Origin: Anthoceros angustus
Lineage: Eukaryota; Plantae; Anthocerotophyta
NCBI GenBank assembly: GCA_010909165.1
Contig: MU008192.1
Coordinates: 124,001-188,000, forward strand
Length of the DNA: 64,000 nucleotides
Reading direction: 5' to 3'
Part shown: positions 49,432 to 59,535 of the stretch, in pieces
How positions within the stretch are numbered: the stretch's first letter is position 1
Layout: each line of letters starts with the position of its first letter
The notes under the pieces: generated by a model
What the model saw: only the letters and a program-made list of their open reading frames with translations
Databases searched by the model: none
Told to the model about the DNA's origin: nothing
Translations under genes and position numbers: made by a program

Positions 49432-51477
49432 ATGGCCGCGGCCCCGCTGCCTTCGGCCTTCGCTCTGGGAGCGGCGGTCCCAGACTGGCTCAACAAGGGG
49501 GACAATGCATGGCAGATGACAGCGGCTACCCTGGTGGGACTCCAGAGCGTGCCGGGCCTGGTGATCCTGTACGGGAGCATCGTGAAGAAGAAGTGGGCTG
49601 TGAATTCCGCCTTCATGGCGCTCTACGCCTTCGCGGCCGTGCTGCTGTGCTGGGTGATCTGGGGCTACAAGATGGCCTTCGGCCAGAAGCTGCTGCCCTT
49701 GTGGGGCAAGGCCGGCCCTGCTCTGGGCCAGCACTATCTCATCGGCCAGGCTCTGCTGCCCGCGTCCACGCAGATCTACGCCACCACCCGCGACGGCCAC
49801 AACAAGGGCGACACGGAGACGGCCGCCATCGCCCCCCTCTACCCGATGGCCACCATGGTCTACTTCCAGTTCGTGTTCGCGGCCATCACCCTCATCCTGC
49901 TGGCGGGCTCCGTGCTGGGCAGGATGAAGTTCCTGGCCTGGATGATCTTCGTCCCCTCTGGCTCACCTTCTCCTACACCGTGGGCGCCTTCAGCATCTGG
50001 GGCGGCGGCTTCCTCTTCCACTGGGGCGTGCTCGACTACTCGGGCGGCTACGTCATCCACCTTTCCTCCGGCGTCGCCGGCTTCACCGCCGCCTACTGGG
50101 TGAGTGTATCCTCTCCACCCACCTCGTGCCGACATTCTCTCCTCAGCAGTAGCAGGAGCAGCAGCAGCAGCAGCAGAGGATGGGATTGATTGAGTGCAAC
50201 ATCCTCTCTGCAATCCCATCCTCATGCAATCCTTGGATGGCTTTGATTGATTGATTTTGACTGCGGAGAATTGATTGATTTTGACTGCGGAGAGAAGGAT
50301 ACACATTGGCGATGACGATGGATCAGTGCATTGCCGGTGCTCTTGCCAACATTTGACTGTAAATACATCCCCTTCTTCCACCTTGCTATCCCAGCCTCAT
50401 GCAATCCTGCGATGGGGGAATGGGTTTGATCGATTGGGTGATTGGGTGATGGACTCTTGACTGTGTCGGGATTGGATACGTCGGTGACAGTGGGTGATTG
50501 CGCTGCTGGTGCTATCGCCAGCACAGGAAGAAGCTTCTGGTTTGGCTGAAAGATTTGAACACGTTTGCTGCCGTGTAACACAAGCCCCATCTGCGTTGCA
50601 GGTGGGTCCTAGGCTGACCAAGGACCGGGAGAGGTTCCCGCCGAACAACATCCTGCTCACGCTGGCGGGAGCGGGGCTGCTGTGGCTGGGATGGGCGGGA
50701 TTCAACGGAGGAGACCCGTATGCGGCCAACATCGATTCCTCCATAGCCGTGCTCAACACCAACGTGTGCGCGGCCACCAGCCTGCTGACATGGACGGTGC
50801 TGGACGTGCTGTACTTCGGGAAGCCGTCGGTGATCGGGGCGGTGCAGGGGATGATCACGGGGCTGGTGGCCATCACGCCCGCGGCGGGGCTGGTGCAAGG
50901 GTGGGCGGCCATCGTGATGGGGCTGGTGTCGGGCAGCGTGCCCTGGTGGTCCATGAACGTAGTGGCCAAGAAGCTGGCCATCTTCCAGCTGGTGGACGAC
51001 ACGCTGGGCGTGTTCCACACGCACGCCGTGGCGGGCTTCCTGGGCGGCACCATGACGGGCCTGTTCGCGGAGCCTCACCTCACCTCCCTCTTCGCCGCCG
51101 TCACCAACAGCCGCGGTGCCTTCTACGGCAAGCCCGCCGGCGGGGAGCAGCTGGGCAAGCAGATCGCGGGCGCCCTCTTCATCATCGCCTGGAACCTGGT
51201 GGTCACCTCCATCATTCTCGTCGCCATCTCCACCGTGGTTCCCCTCCGCATGACGGAAGAGGAGCTCCAGGTGGGCGACGACGCCGCCCACGGCGAGGAG
51301 GCGTACGCGCTGTGGGGAGATGGGGAGAAGTACGATTCGTCCAAGCACGGATACGATTCCTCCAAGCACGGGCCCGGGACGGGGACCGGCACCCCCTACG
51401 GCGAGGACTCGCCTCTCGGGCTCCTCCGCCGCAACGCCACCCCGTCCTCCGCCACCACCGGCACCGTGGAATTGTAG
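49432..51477 (+). CDS. AMT2: AMT2-family ammonium transporter, two exons (intron ~50100-50601); one apparent -1 frameshift at ~49955
   Basis: [47 protein letters not shown]; [14 protein letters not shown]; [16 protein letters not shown]; GWAGFNGG; [10 protein letters not shown]; [18 protein letters not shown]. Confidence 0.93.
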
Positions 51478-51687
51478 GCTCCTCGCCGCGTCCTTACCAT
51501 TTTCTTCACTCTCGTCGGGCGAGACGCCAAATGCACCGCGTCCGAGCGTAGTAGACTGTTCCTTCACACGCGTCGGCTTTTGTCTTTGTGAAGCACACGC
51601 CGAGTGTGCTGTGTTGATGCTCTGTGTGTGTCCGGATTGGACTTGGATCTCCCTCGGGGTGACTTGTTCCGCGCGAGACATTTCTGA

Positions 51688-52974
51688 ATGAGCTTGAAAC
51701 TGGCGCCATGGCGCCATGGATGTTCGTTCAACATTCGCTCGCAGCAGCACGAACGAACGCAAACGAGGAGCAGCATGCGGTTGCTGATGCAGCGTTCGGT
51801 CGCTCTAGCATCTATCCCGCAGCCGCAGCATCCTCGTCGTGGGAGCGCAGGAATGCCGCCGGCGGTGAAGGGAAAGGGTGGTAGTGGCAGTGGCAGTGGT
51901 GATGCTGCCACCCTGCTGTCATGCCGCAGCCAGCGAAGCTTCCTAGCTCCTGCTGCCTTTGCTGCTGCCGCAGCAGCAGGGGGTTTGCACCAGCAGCAGC
52001 AGCAGCAGCAGCAGCACAGGCTGCTGCTGGTGGACGGCAACAACCTCCTGTACCGCGCCTACTACAAGCTGATGGCGAGAATCCACCACGGCAAGCTGAG
52101 GGAGCACAAGTCGGACGGAAACGGGGACTCCGTGCTCACCGTCTTCGCAGCCCTGGCCAGCCTGCTCCGCCTGCTGGAGCTGCTGCCATCCTCCGTCGCC
52201 GTCGTCTTCGACTTCAAGGGCGCCACCTTCAGGCACCTCCTGCTCCCTACCTACAAGGCCGGCCGCCCGCCGGTCCCCGACGCCCTGGAGGAAGCAGCCG
52301 GGTATGTCAAATCCGCGCTTCTTGCCATGGACGTCTCCGTGCTGGAAATCCCCGGGGTGGAGGCGGACGACGTCATCGCCGCCCTGGCCGTGCAGGCCGT
52401 GGCTGCTGGGATGAAGGTTAGGGTTGCGTCTGTGGACAAGGATTTCTTCCAGCTGCTCTCGCCGTCGCTGCGGCTGCTGCGGCCGCTGCCCAAGGGATCC
52501 GGGACCGTGTCCTTCGGAGTGGAGGAGTTCAAGGAGATGTACGGGGACTTGGAGCCGTCGCAGTTCGTGGACGTGCTGGCTCTCATGGGCGATGCCGTGG
52601 ATAACGTCCCTGGCGTGCCCGGGATCGGGGAGAAGACGGCGGTCAAGCTCATCCGGGAGCACGGGTCGCTGGAAACCCTGCTGGAGCGCTGTGAAGAAGT
52701 ACCGGGGAAGCGGGTGCGAGAGAGCTTGCTTAGCTGCAAGGAAGGTGTCGCGCTCGGCAAGACCCTCGTAACCCTGCGCTCCCAGCTGCCCGACACGGTG
52801 CTCTCGTCCAGCCTGCAGGATCTCGAGTTTCGGGTGCCCCAGGATGGGGGACTGAAGTACATGCAACTGCTGGATGCCATGGGGACGTGTGTGGACCCTT
52901 CTGAGTGTGAGCAGCTGAAGAAGAGGTCTCTCAAGCTCTGGCAGTCTCTCAAGGGATCGCCACACATGGATTGA
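51688..52974 (+). CDS. Organellar Pol I-like 5'-3' exonuclease/flap endonuclease (OEX1-like), intronless
   Basis: LLLVDGNNLLYRAYYKL; VAVVFD; FRH..PTYKAGRPP; PGVEADDVI; SVDKDFFQLL; LMGDAVDNVPGVPGIGEKTA (H3TH). N-terminus is low-complexity and transit-peptide-like; the start may be 51775. Confidence 0.88.
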   Translation: MSLKLAPWRHGCSFNIRSQQHERTQTRSSMRLLMQRSVALASIPQPQHPRRGSAGMPPAVKGKGGSGSGSGDAATLLSCRSQRSFLAPAAFAAAAAAGGLHQQQQQQQQHRLLLVDGNNLLYRAYYKLMARIHHGKLREHKSDGNGDSVLTVFAALASLLRLLELLPSSVAVVFDFKGATFRHLLLPTYKAGRPPVPDALEEAAGYVKSALLAMDVSVLEIPGVEADDVIAALAVQAVAAGMKVRVASVDKDFFQLLSPSLRLLRPLPKGSGTVSFGVEEFKEMYGDLEPSQFVDVLALMGDAVDNVPGVPGIGEKTAVKLIREHGSLETLLERCEEVPGKRVRESLLSCKEGVALGKTLVTLRSQLPDTVLSSSLQDLEFRVPQDGGLKYMQLLDAMGTCVDPSECEQLKKRSLKLWQSLKGSPHMD

Positions 52975-53229
52975 ACACGGACGAGCTCCAGCCTCTGCTC
53001 AACTGTTTGTTTGATTGTGCAGATGCGGGCCGATGGTGCCGGTGCCGTCGGCTCCATCCGCCTCTAGGCTGCAAGGGGGCCTTCGCTGCCTCGCAGTTGA
53101 AGCCTATGAGCTCTTGCGCGAAACTTCACAAACGAAGCAATTGCGAGAGGAGGTGAGACAGCTCCATCCTCCTGACTAGGTTTTGTGACAGGCTTGTGTG
53201 GTTGAGGCTTCATCAGCTTGTTGTTGATG

Positions 53230-53900
53230 CTCTCGTCTGTCACATGCAGACCAGGTCATTGTTCGGTTCAGCGCCTCGGCATACCAAACCTAGTTTGCCA
53301 TGTGCGCATCAATATACCAAATGCCCTACTTCACTGCAGCGCTCATGTCCTCTGTTGCATACAGTGCCAGGGCTTCTGTCCCGAGCCTCTGCTGAATGTG
53401 TATATCCATGAATCAGGGCAGTTCACATTGTCACCGCATATGTTGTGGGCAGACTGTCGGGCACCTTGCGAGCCTCACTTCAGTCTCCAGTATTGGAGAT
53501 CGTGTTCACCATGCCATACAACGCATCACAAAAGTATCCGCCTTGTCCGCACTATCCTGATGAATATCTTCATGAACCTCCTTGCCCGACACCAGGTCTA
53601 TTGCAGGGGCACACCCACCTTGAAGAGTGCCACTAAGACACGGTGACATACTTCGGCCCCACACACCTACTGCTCGCCCTTGTAGATACTATGGACAGGT
53701 GATAAATCTGTGCGGGCTGCCCGTGTCGGGTACGCGCCAGAGTGATGGACGCCCTGATGTGAGCTCCGGGAACAGGCACTAGGGGAAAGGCCTGAAATGC
53801 ATCCTCCAACCTGCCACAGGAGGAGTACATTCCAATGATCTGCTTGGCCAAGGATGCGTTCGAGCCGTACCAATGTACATTTGTACCCACATTGGACTGC
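53230..53900 (-). pseudogene. Degenerate PLS-PPR relic
   Basis: SLAKQIIGMYSSCGRLEDAFQAF...ARTRHGQPAQ.YHL and further broken PPR-like segments with stops. Confidence 0.55.
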
Positions 53901-56590
53901 CATATCTGGACGCGCCAACCACAGAACGAGATGCTTTCTTCTCTGCCATGCATCTCTTGAGGACACCAAAAAAAAAGAGCGTGTCGGAGACATGTCACCC
54001 TCGGTGCACGAGGGCGTCCATCTAGGTCTTTGGCAACCATGTTAGGCTACGTCCGAACTGTATTACTCTGGTGTGCTGTGGTGTTATACAGACCACCCTG
54101 AAGGGGTAGTGGCAACCATGGTAGACTACGTTCCAATTGTCTTGTTTCGGTATCTGGGCATCCTGCCATAGCCTGTTGTTAGCCTCATCTGCCGCCAGCG
54201 GTCCCTGAACGATGGCCACAGTATGGCACCCGGACCCTCTGTGGACCCAACAAATTGGTGTGTGTACAGGGATTCTACGAGAAGCTCCTACTCACCTCAC
54301 CTCAGGGAGTCAACCCCTGGCAAACACCCAAGCCTCCAGGTGCAGCAGTGTAAGGAGCCCAGCACTTCCACTTCTGACAAAATGTCTTGTTGGTGACTTG
54401 TTTACCAGTGATGGTCGTCGCCAGGAGCAGGAGCAAGAGCACCTGTGGCAACAATTTTTTCTGGACCCTACCAAATGGTGGGACAACAGACGAGATAAGC
54501 AGAGCTCCCGTCTGCCTGACTTCCGGCGTAAGGGGTCCGGCGAGGTCCTGTGGTTAAACAACATGTTCAAGCCAGCTTGGGTTGATGAGCAGCTCGTTTC
54601 CTTGGATATGCAGATGGGTCATGGTGCCTCCTTCCAAGTCGAGCTCTGGGATAAGCCTGAACCTGGCAGGCGTGCAGGATCGGAATGGGCGTCGTAACGG
54701 CTGGAACCGTGAGCATGTTATGTCAGCAGGGAAGCTTTCTGAGGCCGTAGGAGCCCTCGAATCTCTGGCGCAGACAGACTCTGGTATTTCTCAGTCTCTG
54801 TTTTACACTGTGCTGAAACTGTGTACAGCTAAGAAGGATTTGGTTGTGGGGCGACGAGTTCATGATCTCACTGTCAAACTTGGGTGAGTCGGATGCATAC
54901 TTGGGGAACCATATCTTGCGCATGCATGTGGAGGTAGGCTAGAGGAGGCCATGGATGTGCCAGGGTGGGCAAACCAGATGTCTTCATGTGGTTTCCATAA
55001 TCCGCACGCTAAGCATGGGAAACCTAATGAGGCCATACAACTGTACCATGAGATGCGTAGGTCAGGAGTGAAGATGCTCACGTCTTTGTAGCTGCCTTCA
55101 AGCTTGTGCATTTGCTGCCGACTTGGAATCTGGCAGAAAAGTGCACTGTGATGTGTTGCACAGTGGCATTCCTTAACTTGTTGTTGGCTGCCTGGTGGAC
55201 ATGTATGCAAAATGTGGTGAACTGGAAGATGCACGCCAGGTTTTTGACAGCATGGCCACAAAGGATGTGGTGACATGGAATGCCCTGATGTGAGCTCCGG
55301 GAACAGGCACTAGGGAAAGGCCTGAAATGCATCCTCCAACCTGCCACAGGAGGAGTACATTCCAATGATCTGCTTGGCCAAGGATGCGTTCGAGCCGTAC
55401 CAATGTACATTTGTACCCACATTGGACTGCCATATCTGGACGCGCCAACCACAGAACGAGATGCTTTCTTCTCTGCCATGCATCTCTTGAGGACACCAAA
55501 AAAAAAGAGCGTGTCGGAGACATGTCACCCTCGGTGCACGAGGGCGTCCATCTAGGTCTTTGGCAACCATGTTAGGCTACGTCCGAACTGTATTACTCTG
55601 GTGTGCTGTGGTGTTATACAGACCACCCTGAAGGGGTAGTGGCAACCATGGTAGACTACGTTCCAATTGTCTTGTTTCGGTATCTGGGCATCCTGCCATA
55701 GCCTGTTGTTAGCCTCATCTGCCGCCAGCGGTCCCTGAACGATGGCCACAGTATGGCACCGGACCCTCTGTGGACCCAACAAATTGGTGTGTACAGGGAT
55801 TCTACGAGGAGCTCCACTCACCTCACCTCAGGGAGTCAACCCCTGGCAAACACCCAAGCCTCCAGGTGCAGCAGTGTAAGGAGCCCAGCACTTCCACTTC
55901 CGAGAAAATGTGTGGTGACGGTTTCCAGCGATGGTCGTCGCCAGGAGCAGGAGCACTTGTGGCAACAATTTTTCTGGACCCTACCATGTGGTGGGACAAC
56001 AGACGAGATAAGAAGAGCTCCCTGCCTGACTTCCGGCGTAAGGGGTCCGGCGAGGTCCTGTGGTTAAACAACATGTTCAAGCCAGCTTGGGTTGATGAGC
56101 AGCTCGTTTCCTTGGATATGCAGATGGGTCATGGTGCCTCTCCTTCCGATTTGAGCTCTTGGGATAAGCCTGAACCTGGCAGTCGTGAAGGATCGGGAAT
56201 GGTCGTCGTAACCGCTGGAACCGTGAGTATTTTATGTGAGCTAGGGAAGCTTTCTGAGGCCGTAGGAGCCCTCGAATCTCTGGCGCAGACAGACTCTGGT
56301 ATTTCTCAGTCTCTGTTTTACACTGTGCTGAAACTGTGTACAGCTAAGAAGGATTTGGAAGTGGGGCGACGAGTTCATCATCTCATTGTGAAACTTGGGT
56401 ACGAGTCGGATGCATACTTGGGGAACCATATCTTGCGCATGTATGCATGTGGAGGTAGGCTAGAGGAGGCCAGGGATGTGCTGATCAGGGTGGGCAAACC
56501 AGACGTCTTCATGTGGTTTTCCATAATCTCCGCATACGCCAAGCATGGGAAACCTAATGAGGCCATACAACTGTACCATGAGATTATGGT
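53751..56590. repeat. ~1.53-kb tandem duplication covering the 5' end of the PDF-PPR gene
   Basis: gccctgatgtgagctccgggaacaggcactag... occurs at ~53751 and ~55282 and is colinear up to ctgtaccatgagat. Confidence 0.9.
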
Positions 56591-56742
56591 TGCGGCCATG
56601 GAGTGGATGTTTCCTTATGTTGCCTGGAGCAGGCTTTCTCATGGAGCGATTAGGTGGGTCACTGGCGCAAACTTCCACACAAGGCAGGACCTCCTCCAGG
56701 TACAGAAGGGCAGGCAACTGCCTGGTGGACATGTATGCAAAA

Positions 56743-56918
56743 TGTGGTGAACTGGAAGATGCACGCCAGGTTTTGACAGCTTGGCCACAAAGGATGTGGT
56801 GAACTGGAAGATGCACGCCAGGTTTTGACAGCATGGCCACAAAGGATGTGGTGAACTGGAAGATGCACGCCAGGTTTTGACAGCATGGCCACAAAGGATG
56901 TGGTGAACTGGAAGATGC
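56743..56918. repeat. 52-bp tandem repeat (about 3.3 copies) of a PPR S-motif fragment
   Basis: tgtggtgaactggaagatgcacgccaggttttgacagc(t/a)tggccacaaagga repeated. Confidence 0.85.
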
Positions 56919-56925
56919 GTAGGTC

Positions 56926-59535
56926 AGGACTCGGAATGGAGTAAAGTTTATAGTTTCTCTCTCATCACCGGATGTGGCGCGGCGGATCCGCCTCTCTCTG
57001 GTAGCCACCACATGTACAGCTCATCGAGGCATCGTTCGGACGGGGCGGCCATGTTGTCAAGTAAGAGGATCTCTCAAAATAGTACACCTACAATTTTAGG
57101 TTGATTTTGGTCAGGACGCAAAGGACGTTAATGGTTGGTTGGCTCCTCGACCCCAGGGGCTCAGTGCAAGTCTGTAATTAGCACAATCGGTGAATGCTTG
57201 CCTTGCAAGGCTATTTTTGATGTTGGTGCCTATATTTTTTAAATTTTGCCGCCGCTGGTGCTGGATGTGCGGATGGGATCTGCAACGCGAGCCTGGCATA
57301 CTGTCACACCGTACATACCATGAGAAGGAAAAGAGGATATGCTTTTTAGTCCATAAAGACTTACATGTCTGTATGCGATCGAAATGATGATTACAATAAA
57401 AATATTTGAATTTATTTAAGTATTTAATTAATTATTAAGAGTAGAATTTTGTGGCAAAGTGGTGTGTGCTGCAACACGTGTGTACCTATAGTTTTGAAAG
57501 GGATAGGCTTTCCTTCCTTCTTAGACTTCAATTAAAGCGGTAGGATCGAGGTTTCGTAAGCGGAGCGGCAGGCTGGCCCGGGGACCGGGCAGTGGTAGGG
57601 CGTCAACTACCGGTCATGCGGAAGGCGGGTCCGACACCGACAGCGCTGCTTGTGTGGCCAAGCTGCGAGCCTGCTAACGGACTTGACCCCGTTTTGACGT
57701 GTGACTTGCGGTTACCTCCTGTCCCGGTCAACGAGTGGCTGCACGGCAGGCCAGCAGGAGCCGCCCTGCGGCTGACCCGGTCGCCTCGTCTTTTGGGCCC
57801 CTGGAGATCCTCCCTCCAGTAGTTCCTCAAACCCAGGAGGCCGGGCCGGGCCGGGCCGGGTGTGTGAGGACCACACGCCACCACCTTTGCCGCCTGGTGA
57901 AGAGTGGCCGTCAGTCGTCGCGTTATTAAGAAATCCTTCTTCGTCTTCTTCCTCCTGCCTGGAGCCTGGAGCCTGGACTCCAATCCTTCCTCCCTCCCGC
58001 TCTGGCTTCGTTGCTCTCTTCTGCTCTGCTTTGCTCTGCGCAGCGCAGCGCTTGCTTGCCTGCCCGCCGCCCCAGGTGCTTGCTTGTGCCATCCCATGTT
58101 TTCTGGGCTTGTCGTACTTAGTATCTGTATGCTGCTTGGCGTGATGCTGCTGGAGGCAGGAGATTGAGTAGCAGGCTGGGACTCCAGCTGCAGCTAGTGC
58201 TCTTGCTGGATCGAGTGTGTCAGAGTTCCGAGCTCCAAGCGTGAAGAGAGGTTTTGTGTGTGTGTGTGTGTGTGTTTCCATGAGGCTGATGATTGATTCG
58301 GAGCCTGGGGTGAATGGTGATGGGGAAGAAGAAATGACAAACGGTGGGTGGTAGCGACGAGGGTGGAGCAGGTGTGCAAGCAGCACCCACGAAAATTAGG
58401 GGTGACGACATTGTTGCAACAATGGCCGCAGGCTGCCTTCGGCCTTCGCTCTGGGAGCGGCGGTCCCAGACTGGCTCAACAAGGGGACAATGCATGGCAG
58501 ATGACAGCGGCTACCCTGGTGGGACTCCAGAGCGTGCCGGGCCTGGTGATCCTGTACGGGGAGCATCGTGAAGAAGAAGTGGGCTGTGAATTCCGCCTTC
58601 ATGGCGCTCTACGCCTTCGCGGCCGTGCTGCTGTGCTGGGTGATCTGGGGCTACAAGATGGCCTTCGGCCAGAAGCTGCCCTTGGGGCAAGGCCGGCCCT
58701 GCTCTGGGCCAGCACTATCTCATCGGCCAGGCTCTGCTGCCCGCGTCCACGCAGATCTACGCCACCACCCGCGACGGCCACAACAAGGGCGACACGGAGA
58801 CGGCCGCCATCGCCCCCCTCTACCCGATGGCCACCATGGTCTACTTCCAGTTCGTGTTCGCGGCCATCACCCTCATCCTGCTGGCGGGCTCCGTGCTGGG
58901 CAGGATGAAGTTCCTGGCCTGGATGATCTTCGTCCCCCTCTGGCTCACCTTCTCCTACACCGTGGGCGCCTTCAGCATCTGGGGCGGCGGCTTCCTCTTC
59001 CACTGGGGCGTGCTCGACTACTCGGGCGGCTACGTCATCCACCTTTCCTCCGGCGTCGCCGGCTTCACCGCCGCCTACTGGGTGAGTGTATCCTCTCCAC
59101 CCACCTCGTGCCGACATTCTCTCCTCAGCAGTAGCAGGAGCAGCAGCAGCAGCAGCAGAGGATGGGATTGATTGAGTGCAACATCCTCTCTGCAATCCCA
59201 TCCTCATGCAATCCTTGGATGGCTTTGATTGATTGATTTTGACTGCGGAGAATTGATTGATTTTGACTGCGGAGAGAAGGATACACATTGGCGATGACGA
59301 TGGATCAGTGCATTGCCGGTGCTCTTGCCAACATTTGACTGTAAATACATCCCCTTCTTCCACCTTGCTATCCCAGCCTCATGCAATCCTGCGATGGGGG
59401 AATGGGTTTGATCGATTGGGTGATTGGGTGATGGACTCTTGACTGTGTCGGGATTGGATACGTCGGTGACAGTGGGTGATTGCGCTGCTGGTGCTATCGC
59501 CAGCACAGGAAGAAGCTTCTGGTTTGGCTGAAAGA
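56926..59535 (+). repeat. Second copy of ~47894-50554 (AMT2 upstream region, exon 1 and most of the intron) embedded in the PPR locus
   Basis: Near-identical from ggactcggaatggagtaaag to ggtttggctgaaagat. The AMT2 exon 1 copy is at ~58422-59081 and carries different indels; exon 2 is absent. Confidence 0.92.

Noticed and set aside
50512-53057. Long antisense or alternative-frame ORFs (416, 340, 289 and 268 aa) over AMT2 exon 2 and the exonuclease
   Set aside because: Shadow ORFs caused by high GC3 codon usage in the real genes; no recognisable motifs.
56743-56918. Regular short repeats resembling a CRISPR array
   Set aside because: No unique spacers, the unit is PPR coding DNA, the context is eukaryotic, and there are no cas genes.
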